Assembly (NCBI GenBank): GCA_002269645.1
Contig: NIVC01000224.1
Location: forward strand, 414,185-478,184
Reading direction: 5' to 3'
DNA length: 64,000 bases
Origin: Macrostomum lignano
Taxonomy: Eukaryota
The position numbers and the translations under genes are program-made. Shown one piece after another: positions 22,610-35,100 of the stretch (position 1 is the first letter of the stretch; the number at the start of each line of letters is the position of its first letter). Below the pieces are notes generated by a model. That model saw only the letters and a program-made list of their open reading frames with translations, made no database searches and was not told the origin of the DNA.

Positions 22610-25600
22610 ATGGTGAAGCATCACAAAAAGAAAGAGAAAAATGCCGACTTCACTAAAGTGCGCCTGAAAGTTGGTCGTAAGTTGCCGAAATGCCTGAACG
22701 AAACAAAAATCAGTTTGGCTACAGGTAAAATTGTTGTTCGCGGTCAGGAGTCCGCCGCTAGCTCGGCTGATTTGGCATCTCCGGCCAGCCAGCCACTGCA
22801 GTGGTCCACGGGCCAGGCTCTGTTGCGAAAACTGAGAGCCAGCCAGATGGACGAGCGAGTGGCCGCGGCTAACAAGTTGGCCAGGTTCGTGTTTGGGATA
22901 AGTTTTGGACTTGATTGTAATGAGTTGATTAGGGATGTTTAGATATTTACTGTAAGTAATATAATAAATATCTAATAATAAATATCTAAGTAAATATCTA
23001 AAAAATCCCCCTTAAAACGCATCCAAGAATCTCCCTCAAAAGCCACCAAAGAATCACCCTTGAGAGCCATTAAAGAATCACTCTCAAAAAACCCATCAAA
23101 GAATCGCCCTCAAAAGCCATCAAAGAATCGCCCTCAAAACTCATCAAATAATCGCCCTCAAAAGCCATCAAAGAATCGCCCTCAAAACCCGTCAAAAAAT
23201 CGCCCTCGAAACTCATCAAAGAATCGCCCTCAAAAGCCATCAAAGAATCGCCCTCAAAAGCCATCAAAGAATCGCCCTCAAAAGCCATCAAAGAATCGCC
23301 CTCGAAACTCATCAAAGAATCGCCCTTAAAAGCCATCAAAGAATCGCCCTCAAAACTCATCAAAGAATCGCCCTCAAAACTCATCAAAGAATCGCCCTCA
23401 AAACTCATCAAAGAATCGCCCTCAAAACTCATCAAAGAATCGCCCTCAAAACTCATCAAAGAATCGCCCTCAAAACTCATCAAAGAATCGCCCCTCAAAA
23501 CCCGTCAAAAAATCGCCCTCGAAACTCATCAAAGAATCGCCCTTAAAAGCCATCAAAGAATCGCCCTCAAAACTCATCAAAGAATCGCCCTCAAAACTCA
23601 TCAAAGAATCGCCCTCAAAACTCATCAAAGAATCGCCCTCAAAACTCATCAAAGAATCGCCCTCAAAACTCATCAAAGAATCGCCCTCAAAACTCATCAA
23701 AGAATCGCCCTCAAAACTCATCAAAGAATCGCCCTCAAGTACCTGAAAGCCCACCCCACTGCAATGCTCAGGTGGCTGGCAGACCTGGCTGCCGCTCAGC
23801 AAGAGCAGCAGCAACGCAACCGGCCAGTGCCATTCACAGTGCAGGATCTGACCGAGTACCTGTCCCCATGCCTTCGCGATCCAGCCAGCGCAGAACTGCG
23901 ATCAGCCTGCCGACGTGTCTTCACCGCCCTGCTCACCTGCGGCGTTGCCAGTCAGCCAGTGTGCCGGCCTGCTCTGTTCCAGTCTCTGCGCACCTGTTGG
24001 TGTCACGTGGACGAATCAATTCAAAACGAATCGGTACAACTACTCGAGTCCTTGCTAACTCACGCTCCCATTGTACTGTTGGAACGTGCTGACGATTTTC
24101 GAGCGTTGCTCAATCGAAGTTTGAAGAGGCGTTTAACTGCGACAGTGCCAACAGGGGCATCAGCGGCTGCTGCTGGTGCGGGTGTTGCTTCAGCTTCGGT
24201 GGCTCAGCGAAGTCGAGGCCAGCTGATGTCGCTGGCTGCCTGTGTGGCCAGCTTTGCCGACCTGCTGGCTGAGAACTACTCTTCTGGTAAGTGCCCTCAA
24301 AAGCTATCAAAAAATTGCCCTCAAAGCCATAAAAATCGCCCTCAAAGCCATAAAAAATCGTCCTCAAAAGTCATAAAAATTCGCCTTCAAAAACCATAGA
24401 AAAATCGCCCTCAAAAGCCATAAAAAATCGCCCTCAAAAGCCAGAAAAAATCGCCCTCAAAAGCCAGAAAAAATCGCCCTCAAAAGCCAGAAAAAATCGC
24501 CCTCAAAAGCCCGAAAAAATCGCCCTCAAAAGCCAATACAGAATCGCCCTCAAAGAATTGCCATTAAAAATTGCCATCAAAAGCCAGAAAAATCGCCCTC
24601 AGAAGCCATTAAAGAATGGCTTTGATGCCATGCAGCGCTGACGATCGTTGGAGGGAGTGTGGTCGGTTGTAGCCTAGCCGTCAGAGCGTCGGACTCACGA
24701 CTGAAAGGTCGGGGGTTCGATTCCCAATCCCACTCGGAACAATTTGTGTTCAATTGAGCAAGACACTTAACTCTGCATTGCTTCAGTTCACCCAGCTGTA
24801 AAATGGGTGTCAGGATTAGCTGGGGATAATTGAGGGTCCGCAATAGCTGCAGCTGAGCTGTCGGTTGCACAACTGCCCATTAGCGCTGACTCCGTACTGT
24901 GTACTGTGTACAGCGGCCCTGTCATTCACGTGACATCGTGACATCGTGGAAGATAACTTTTCCGTTTTTTTTATTCTTTAACCCACCACTTTCAGCTTCC
25001 CAGTTGAGCAGCTCAGATGCTTCATCATCTGCTCAGTACCAGCAGAGTAGGATTCTCGACTACCTACCGGAAGATTTCGATTTAAACAGCGCGGCTTGGT
25101 CCCGCTATCAGCTCAGCTGGAACTGCGACCTGGCGGCTACGGACTCGGATCCTACAGCTCTGGTTGGCTTAGCCATATCCGATCTTTATAACAGCAGCAG
25201 TAACAAAGACAAAGATCTACTTGTCGACGATGCAGAGACTGGCGGCGCAGAATCTTCAATTAGCAGCGATAGCAGTAGTTTTGAAGTGAATTTTGCTAGC
25301 CTAATTAAAGAGCTGTTTCCCGCTGAGTTCTCTGGTCGAGTTGGCGGCGTGAACGCTTATGAAGAGTTGCTGGCTTTGTTGAAGTGTCTGAGAAGCTTGT
25401 TGGCCTTGCATTTTGCTCGCACCGCTGCCGGGAGGCGAGACAGGGGCGGTGACAATCTAGTAGGCTCTGAGGAGCGGTGGTGGCAGTGTGATTGTTTCAC
25501 CGCTGGAAAACCTAATAATGGTAACATCTTTTGACACTTTGAATGCCTAAATAGATTGATATTGTATTATGAGTTCGAAATTCTGCTGTGTGAAATCCTA

Positions 25601-27113
25601 GCTAGTCAGTGAAATACCAGTTAAGGAAATTCTAGTTAGGGAAATCCCAGTCAGGGAAATCCTAGTCAGGGAAATCCTAGTTAGGGAAATCCCATTCAAG
25701 GAAATCCTAGTTAGTGAAATGCCAGTTAAGGAAATTCTGATTAAGGAAATTCTAATGCGGGAAATCCCAGTCAGGGAAACCCCAGTTAGGGAAATCCCAG
25801 TTAGGGAAATCCAAGTTAGAGAAATTCCAGTCAGGAAAATCCTTGTCAGAGAAATCCCAGTCAGGGAAATCCCATTCAAGGAAATCCTAGTAAGAGAAAT
25901 CCCAGTTTGGGAAATTCCAGTCAGAGAAATCCCAGTCAGGGAAATCCCAGTTAGGGAAATCCCAGTTATAGAAATACCAGTCAGGGAAATCCTAGTCAGT
26001 GGAATACCAGTCAGGGGAATCCCATTCAGGGAAATCCTATTCAGGGAAATCCCAGTCAGGGGAATCTCAGTCAGGAAAATCCCAGTCAAAGAATTGATTA
26101 TTTAATAGATTAATTGTTCGTTGGGATGATCCATTAGTTGAACGACAATTTCCGCAGGTTAATTAATCACAGTACTTCCTTTACAATCAAACGTCAGGTC
26201 TCATTAACCCAACCCAAACCCCCACCTCATCTCTGCTCCAGACTCCGGCAGAAAGCGCTCCAACCAAAAGCGGTTCACACCCTGTCAGCTGGCTGTGTCA
26301 GACCTACTGTCGTCAGTCCTGTGTCCCCTGTTCCCCCTGACCGTGTCGACGACTGCGGACTCGTCTTCAGCCGGCTCCGGTCAGGCTAACAAGAAGCGTC
26401 GCAAGAACCACGGCGGCAGAGACGCACTGAAAGACTTGGCAAGGAAATCTACGGAGCTCAATAATGCGATAGTGGAGTGCGCCCTGCTGGCGGGTCCCCA
26501 GCTGCAGGCCTGTCTCGGTCAGGCTAACACTGACGCCTTCGCTTTGGCCGTCTATAACTACTTAGCTGCTAGATACTCCAATACAAGATCTTCTACAGCT
26601 AAAATACTGGCTACAGATACTACTTATTGGCTAAATGCCAGTAGTAGATTGGTTTGCCAACACCTGGACAGCAGTCCTCTGGCTAGACTGTTTCTAGCCT
26701 TCTTTGCCGATTCGATGCGTAAAAATCGATTCGAACAGCCGGATATTGTTGCCGATTTTCTAGTGAATTTAGCTACTTATAGCAGTAGTATTAGTAGCGT
26801 CTGTCGGCAGAGTTTGGATTTTCTACCGCAATATCTGATTGATCGATTCGATGCTGCCCAGCTTCACTTGTTGCCGCCTGTGTCAGCTTCTTCTTCTTCA
26901 TCATCGAAGTTGCTTAACAGCGCCAGTCCTGAGCAACAGTCGGCCTGTTCCGCTGTTTGCTGTCTTCTGCTTTTGCTGGCTAGCCAATTTCCTGGAGCTG
27001 AAGAGGCTGCGATTGCTGCTTGCGACAGGCTGGTGCGCTACTGTCCCGATCGGCTGTTGAGAAGGAGTTTGAGTGCTTCTCTAGCCTCTGTTGGCAACGC
27101 TGCTTCCGTTTAA
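22610..27113 (+). CDS. TEX10: TEX10/Ipi1-like pre-rRNA processing protein (728 aa; exons 22610-22884, 23772-24286, 24996-25520, 26242-27113)
   Basis: N-terminus MVKHHKKKEKNADFTKVRLKVGRKLPK...NETKISLATGKIVVRGQ matches the Ipi1/TEX10 signature; following helical HEAT-like region; four exons join in phase (2,1,1) to 2187 nt. Confidence 0.75.
23020..23739. repeat. 24-bp minisatellite (AAAGAATCGCCCTCAAAACTCATC)n in TEX10 intron 1
   Basis: Same GAATCGCCCTCAAAA core as the 18.8-20.6 kb array. Confidence 0.95.
24291..24615. repeat. About 22-bp minisatellite (AAAAATCGCCCTCAAAAGCCAG)n in TEX10 intron 2
   Basis: Starts immediately after the GTAAGT donor; same core as the two arrays above. Confidence 0.9.
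24660..24830 (+). mobile_element. tRNA-derived SINE with CORE-like central domain
   Basis: A box TAGCCTAGCCGT (24670), B box GGTTCGATTCCC (24714), then TTGAGCAAGACACTTAACTC...CAGCTGTAAAATGGG resembling the MIR/CORE-type SINE domain. Confidence 0.65.
25597..26095. repeat. 15-bp minisatellite (GGGAAATCCCAGTCA)n in TEX10 intron 3
   Basis: Tandem copies. Confidence 0.93.
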
Positions 27114-27174
27114 GACTGAGTTTGGCTTGTACTTTTGTTTGTCAGACTGGCTGCTAACTGTCCAATGCTAATTA

Positions 27175-27370
27175 GTTAGGGATTTGGGAGTATGCTAATT
27201 AGCTGGGGATTTAGGAATATGCTAATTAGCTAGGGATTCGGGAATATACTAAGTAGCTAGAGATTTAGGAATATGCTAATTAGCCGGGGATTTACGAATA
27301 TGCTAATTAGCTAGGGATGTGGAAATATGCTAATTAGCTGGGGATTTACGAATATGCTAATTAGCTAAGG
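27175..27370. repeat. 26-27-bp minisatellite (GGGATTTAGGAATATGCTAATTAGCT)n
   Basis: About 7 degenerate copies after the TEX10 stop. Confidence 0.85.
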
Positions 27371-27671
27371 ATATTAATTAGTTATTTGCATTTTTTATCA
27401 ATTAAGTTCATCAGACTAATGTACAGGCCTTGGCCTCCAGTTTAATAAAGGTGTGCATGACCGTTTGCTGTCAGTTGTTTAAATTTTCAAATACATTTGT
27501 GGAAAAGAATTTTTTTTATAATCTTGTCTTATTCATTTTTCGTTAAGCTTAATACAATTAGCAGTTAGATTTTTAGACAAACAAATTTGAAAGGAAATTT
27601 TGAAAAGTAAATAATTTTTTATATCGTCTAGTTACCTACAAACTGTCAGTTGATCAGCAAAAATTGACTAT

Positions 27672-29040
27672 CAGTGACATGTGACTGTCAGTGACATTTT
27701 ACTTTCAGTGACATTTGATTCTCCGTGACATTTGACTAGCCAGTGACATTTGACTAACCAGTGACACTCGACTGTCAGTGACATTAGACTAGACAGAGAC
27801 ATTTGACTAGCCAGTGACATTTGACTGTCAGTGACATTTGACTGTCAGTGACATTTGACTGTCAGTGACATTTGACTGTCAGTGACATTTGCCTGTCAGT
27901 AACATTTGACTAGCCAGAGACATTTGACTGTCAGTGACATTTGCCTGTCAGTAACATTTGGCTAGTCAGTGACATTTGCCTGTCAGTAACATTTGACTGT
28001 CAGTGACATTTGACTAGTCAGTGACATTTGCCTGTCAGTAACATTTGACTGTCAGTGACATTTGACTAGTCAGTGACATTTGACTGTCAGTGACATTTGA
28101 CTGTCAGTGACATTTGACTAGCCAGAGACATTTGACTGTCAGTGACATTTGCCTGTCAGTAACATTTGGCTAGTCAGTGACATTTGACTGTCAGTGACAT
28201 TTGACTAGTCAGTGACATTTGACTGTCAGTGACATTTGACTAGCCAGAGACATTTGACTGTCAGTGACATTTGCCTGTCAGTAACATTTGGCTAGTCAGT
28301 GACATTTGCCTGTCAGTAACATTTGACTGTCAGTGACATTTGACTAGTCAGTGACATTTGCCTGTCAGTAACATTTGACTGTCAGTGACATTTGACTAGT
28401 CAGTGACATTTGACTGTCAGTGACATTTGACTGTCAGTGACATTTGACTGTCAGTGACATTTGACTGTCAGTGACATTTGACTAGCCAGAGACATTTGAC
28501 TGTCAGTGACATTTGCCTGTCAGTAACATTTGACTGTCAGTGACATTTGACTAGTCAGTGACATTTGACTGTCAGTGACATTTGACTAGCCAGAGACATT
28601 TGACTGTCAGTGACATTTGCCTGTCAGTAACATTTGGCTAGTCAGTGACATTTGACTGTCAGTAACATTTGACTGTCAGTGACATTTGACTGTCAGTGAC
28701 ATTTGCCTTTCAGTACATTTGACTAGTCAGTGACATTTGACTAGTCAGTGACATTTGACTGTCAGTGACATTTGACTGTCAGTGACATTTGACTAGCCAG
28801 AGATATTTGACTGTCAGTGACATTTGCCTGTCAGTAACATTTGGCTAGTCAGTGACATTTGCCTGTCAGTAACATTTGGCTAGTCAGTGACATTTAACTG
28901 TCAGTGACATTTGACTAGCCAGAGACATTTGACTGTCAGTGACATTTGCCTGTCAGTAACATTTGGCTAGTCAGTGACATTTGACTGTCAGTAACATTTG
29001 ACTGTCAGTGACATTTGACTGTCAGTGACATTTGACTGTC
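27672..29040. repeat. 17-bp minisatellite (GTCAGTGACATTTGACT)n
   Basis: Long tandem array ending about 60 bp before the XPNPEP3 ATG. Confidence 0.95.
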
Positions 29041-29101
29041 ATTCAACGACATTCAACGAGTGACATTTAGCGATTCCTTTGAACATTTTTCATGCCTAAG
29101 A

Positions 29102-32100
29102 ATGCTTCGTAAATTTAGCGCCTGCCGTCGCTTCCTAAGCAGCAGCAGCAGCAGCAGCTCCTCTTACACTGCATCAGCCTCGCCTGCTCAATCTTCATCA
29201 ACCACGTCGTCGGGTTCTTCAACGCCGTCCCATCTGGACGGTCCGGAGCTGCTGTTGCCGCGAAGTGGTCACTTCTATTTGGATCCGTTTACGCCAGCTG
29301 ACTATGCTGAGCGAAGGTGCGCGAAATGCTTTAGAAATGGCTGGCCTGTGGCCTTGTTGAGTGCTGCTTTTTGGACTTTGGGTTCTGCTCTCTACAGCTG
29401 CCTGCTGGGTTGCCGCGCGCTTCCTTCTTCCGCTCTCCCTCTTCTTGCTCTTCATCTCCCTCTTTATCTCACTCTCATCCCCTCCCTCCACTTTACACCT
29501 CCCTCTCGCCCCCTCTCCCTGTCCTTATCTCTCTCACCCTCTCCCTCTTCATGTCCCTATCTCTCTCTCACCCTCTCCCTCTTCATGTCCCTATCTCTCT
29601 CTCACCCTCTCCCTCTTCATGTCCCTATCTCTCTCTCACCCTCTCCCTCTCCCTGTCCCTATCACTCTCTCACCCTCTCCCTCTCCCTGTCCCTATCTCT
29701 CTCTCACCCTCTCCCTCTCCCTGTCCCTATCTCTCTCTCACCCTCTCCCTCTCCATGTCCCTATCTCTCTCTCACCCTCTCCCTCTTCATGTCCCTATCT
29801 CTCTCTCACCCTCTCCCTCTCCCTCTCCCTGTCCCTATCACTCTCTCACCCTCTCCCTCTCCCTCTCCATGTCCCTATCTCTCTCACCCTCACCCTCTCC
29901 CTCTCCCTGTCCCTATCTCTCTCACCCTCTCTCTCTCTCACCCTCTCCCTCTCCATATCTTTCTCATCCGCTTTCTTCACGCCCCCGTTAGAGATAAAGC
30001 GTCAGAACTGAAATGTTATTTTCGATACATATCGGACATCTGCAAAGTCTTAGCTGCACTCTTATCTGTTGAATTTATGGGGAAACTGACAGTTACACGA
30101 CTTCACCAACAACTTGCAACTGATTAGATGGTTAATGCGATGTCGGTCAGGAGGCAAGCAGTTGGCCCGGACTCGTTTTATCTTCAGCTACAGCAGTGAA
30201 CACACTGATGGTGTTTTGGGAGATTTGCCAGTTAATTATGACTGGCATATCTAGTTAGGGAGGCCGAAGCCTAGCGGTCTAGCGCAGGCTCTGATGTGCC
30301 AGCGGCCCAGGCTCGATTCCAAATGCAGTCACATTAACTTGGGGCTAAATTAGAATCTCGGCTTGGCTCTGCTCGTGCAATTAACGGCCTTGAGAGCCAG
30401 CTCCCAAAGGCGCAGTGAAGTGTACATGCCTAACGATAAACAAAGGGCCTGTGTGAGTGTGTGTCTGTGTCTCCCTCCCTCTCCCTCCGCGCGCTTGTGT
30501 GCCTGCTCAGGGGAGTCGGCGGAACGGGTAGTAATGCCTCTCGCCGGTTGTGTGACAATGCCGCTTCTTAAAGTGCGCCAGGGATACTGTTCTAATAAAA
30601 AACATATCTAGTTATTATACTAGCGTAGTATCTGCGATCTAGTCAGTTGCAATACTGTACGCAAGCACTCACTCACACACTCTCTGTATCTTTCAACCCC
30701 TCCCCAGACGCCTCCTATTCGAAGAGTTCACCCGCCGATGGTCAACCGACAAGCAGTTCGCGGATTTCGACCGTCACATACTACTGGTACCGTCGGCTCA
30801 GCAGCAGTTCATGGCGCATCACGTGCCCTATACTATGCGGCAGAATTCTTATTTCCGCTACCTGACCGGGCACCTGGGCGCCGATGCCATGCTGGTACTG
30901 GCTTGCAACGGCGGTCCGGGTGTCAGCGACTTTGACACGGCGCGCCTGCTGGTGCATCGACAGTCGGAGACTGAGCGACTGTGGGACGGCGGTGAGCCGA
31001 CGCCCGTTGAAGCTGCTCAACGGGCGGGCCTGCCAGATCCGGCTAATTCTGGACTGTACACCGAGGATGAGGAGGCGGCCAAGTTTTTGGCTGATCAGAT
31101 GACTAGCGCTAAGGGAAAGTGAGTTCAGTGTATTCTCTTTTTGATAAAGATCATATTTTCTATTGGGCAACGTCTGAAGTCTTTGTTTTAGTCTATACTT
31201 GGTCTTTGGTCTTTGGTTTAATTAAAACTTGAGTCTTTGTTTTAGTTCAAACTTGAGCCTTTGTTTCAGTTGGGATTTGAGTCTTTGTTTCAGTTGAGAC
31301 TTGAGTCTTTGTTTTAGTTGAGGCTCGAGTTTTTGTTTTTGTTAAGACTTAAGTCTGTTTTAATTAAGATTTGAGTCTTTGGTTTAGTTTAGACTTAAGT
31401 CTGTTTTAATTAAGATTTGAGTCTTTGGTTTAGTTTAGACTTAAGTCTGTTTTAATTAAGATTTGAGTCTTTGGTTTAGTTTAGACTTAAGTCTGTTTTA
31501 ATTAAGATTTGAGTCTTTGGTTTAGTTTAGACTTAAGTCTTTGTGTGGGACTTGAGTCTTTGTTTTAGTCTATGCTTGAGTCTTTGTTTTAGTTTAGACT
31601 TAGTCTTTGTTTCAGTGAGACTTAAGTCTTTGTTTCAGTTGATTATTAAGTCCTTGTTTAAGTTGAGACGCGATTCTTTCTTTTAGTTAACACTTGAGTC
31701 TTTGTTTCAGTTGAGGCTCGAGTCTTTGTTTTTGTTAAAACTTAAGTCTGTTTTAATTAAGATTTGAGTCTTTGTTTAAGTTAAGGCCTACTTTAAAAAG
31801 CTATCAGTATTGATTTTTGTGCTCCAGTTCAGTCTTTATGTCTGGAATTATTTATATGTAATCATTAAGCTGATTGGATATTTCAATACTTCTATTAATT
31901 GTCAAATTTGATTGAGTTAATCTATAAACATGGAGTCTGCAGACTTCTGAAACTTCTGTTGGTCAGAGAGGCTCAGCAGTGTTAAGGGTAGGGTATAAAG
32001 ATGTTGAGCGTTTTATTTGATTATGAATTTTTGACTGATGCCAGCTGGCTATCCTAAATTTAAATCCCTCGGGAGACGCATCCGGTTCTGACGCTTAAAA

Positions 32101-35100
32101 ATGACCCAGTTCTTAGTAATGTGGCTGGTGAGTAGTATTTTAATGTTATTACTGGTATCGGATAAGGTCGGGAAAACTATAAATAGCTCGTAGCAACCTT
32201 ATCTTACTATCAGTGTCTGGATGAAATTGGATTCAAATGCTACCATTCTGCTCTATAATAGCTCATAATCTTAATACTAAAGGTGGTGCGTTGTTTGTAG
32301 TAAAATAAAAGTCAATACCGCAAGCTTGAAATTTGAAAATTGAAAGTTAAAAATCATCATTTAATTTCGGCGATAGGGAAAATCAAAATTGTGAAAGTTG
32401 AGTAATCAGTATAATATTGTCTAAAAGTTTATAGACTGTAAAATGCAGGGAGTGAGATTCAGGGAGACAGGTAGTGAGATGCAGGGAGACAAGGAGTGAG
32501 ATGCAGGGAGACAAGGAGTGTGATGCATGGAGACAGGGAGTGAGATTCAGGGAGACAGGTAGTGAGATGCAGGGAGACAGGGAGTGAGAGTCAGGGAGAC
32601 AGGTAGTGAGATGCAGGGAGACAGGGAGTGAGATGCAGGGAGACAAGGAGGGAGATGCATGGAGACAGGGAGTGAGAGTCAGGGAGACAGGTAGTGAGAT
32701 GCAGGGAGACATGTAGTGAGATGCAGGGAGACAGGGATTGAGATGCAGGGAGACAAGGAGTGTGATGCATGGAGACAGGGAGTGAGATTCAGGGAGACAG
32801 GTAGTGAGATGCAGGGAGACAGGGAGTGAGAGTCAGGGAGACAGGTAGTGAGATGCAGGGAGACAGGGAGTGAGATGCAGGGAGACAAGGAGGGAGATGC
32901 ATGGAGACAGGGAGTGAGAGTCAGGGAGACAGGTAGTGAGATGCAGGGAGACAGGGAGTGAGATGAAAGGAGACGGAAATTAGGATGTAGGAGACAGGGA
33001 GTGAGATGCAGGGATACAGGTAGTTGGATGCAAGGAGACGGAAATTAGGATGTAGGGAGACAGAGAGTGAGATGCAAGGAGACAAGGAGTGAGATGCAAG
33101 GAGACAAGGAGTGAGATTTAGGGACACAGAGTGAGATGCAAGAAGGCAGGAATTAAGATGCAGGGAGTCAGGGGTTAGATCTATATACTAAAAATGGTCT
33201 GCCGGTAGGTATCTATCTAGGTAGGTATGTGATCGATTTTAGCAAAAATTAAATCTGTATTTCCATGTAGAGATCATATGGAGTTCAAATAGAGATCATC
33301 TGATGCTATTGCATGTGAAGTGTCCATTTATAACCGCTTTCACATAGTTTTTTCCTTATCATTTTGAAATGTATTAGTTACCCGGCATCTCATTTCATTT
33401 ATTGGCCAAAAAATCTGACCAATTTTTTTGCTATTTTACTAGAGACTCACCTCGAAACCAAAAATCTTCAACTAGTCTGTTGGTTTTCTAGCGAACTGCT
33501 GCTTGTTTTAGCGAGGGAATTTCACATTTCCTATTTCTATGCATGTAGGAGGAGACAATTGATTTATAGCGGTGTAGTTAAGTGCTGCCATGGCAACGGA
33601 TTTATAAATCCCCTATGCGTGATTTGAATATCTGTTTGTTTTTAATGCGATTTTGCTTGAAAATATTTTTTGTTAATATCAGCTATTTTATTCAAAGCGT
33701 TGCTTGATTTGAATATAAATAACTGAGTAGGCGGATAGGATATGGTAGAGATATAATACGACATTGGGATAGGAAGATCTGAAAAAAGAGAGATTCAGGG
33801 ATACAGGGAGAAGAGATGTAGGCAGATAGGAAGTAGAGATGTAGGGAAGTGGGGAGAAGAGATGTGGGGATAGATGGAGAACAGATTCAGGGATAGAGGG
33901 AGTAGAGATGTAGGGAGATTTTTTTGAGAAAAGATTAAGGATAGAGGGAGTAGAGATGTAGGGAGATGTGGAGTAGAGATATAGGGAGACGGGAGTAAAG
34001 ATATAGGGAGACGGGAGTAGAGATATAGGGAGACGTGGAGTAGAGATATAGGGAGACGGGAGTAGAGATATAGGGAGACGGGAGTAGAGATATAGGGAGA
34101 CGGGTGTAGAGATATAGGGAGACGGGTGTAGAGATATAGGGAGACGGGAGTAGAGATATAGGGAGACGGGGAGTAGAGATATAGGGAGACGGGGAGTAGA
34201 GATATAGGGAAACGGGGAGTAGAGGTGCAGGGAGACGGGGAGTAGAGGAGCAGGGAGACGGGGAGTAGAGGTGCAGGGAGACGGGGAGTAGAGGTGCAGG
34301 GAGACGGGGAGTAGAGGTGCATTGAGACGGGGTGTAGAGGTGCAGGGAGACGGGGAGTAGAAGTGCATTGAGACGGGGAGTAGAGGTGCATTGAGACGGG
34401 GTGTAGAGGTGCAGGGAGACGGGGAGTAGAAGTGCATTGAGACGGGGAGTAGAAGTGCATTGAGACGGGGAGTAGAGGTGCATTGAGACGGGGAGTAGAG
34501 GTGCAGGGAGACGGGGAGTAGAAGTGCATTGAGACGGGGAGTAGAGGTGCAGGGAGACGGGGAGTAGAAGTGCATTGAGACGGGGAGTAGAGGTGCAGGG
34601 AGACGGGGAGTAGAAGTGCATTGAGACGGGGAGTAGAGGTGCATTGAGACGGGGTGTAGAGGTGCAGGGAGACGGGGAGTAGAAGTGCATTGAGACGGGG
34701 AGTAGAGGTGCATTGAGACGGGGAGTAGAGGTGCATTGAGACGGGGAGTAGAGGTGCAGGGAGACGGGGAGTAGAAGTGCATTGAGACGGGGAGTAGAGG
34801 TGCAGGGAGACGGGGAGTAGAAGTGCATTGAGACGGGGTGTAGAGGTGCATTGAGACGGGGAGTAGAGGTGCAGGGAGACGGGGGAGTAGAGGTGCATTG
34901 AGACGGGGTGTAGAGGTGCAGGGAGACGGGGTGTAGAGGTGCATTGAGACGGGGAGTAGAGGTGCACGGAGACGGGGAGTAGAAGTTCAGGGAGACGGGG
35001 GTAGAGATTTAGGAGGTGGGAAGTGGAGAGGTAAGAAGATGGGCAGCGGAGATACAGAGTCGTATGAAACGACTCAATGATAACATCTCATACAAATTAG

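Noticed and set aside
30258-30325. Functional tRNA gene
   Set aside because: No complete acceptor stem or anticodon arm; kept only as a low-confidence SINE head.
32045-32127. Possible extra XPNPEP3 exon (CAG acceptor, GTGAGT donor)
   Set aside because: All three frames contain stops and exons 2 and 3 already join in phase with continuous homology.
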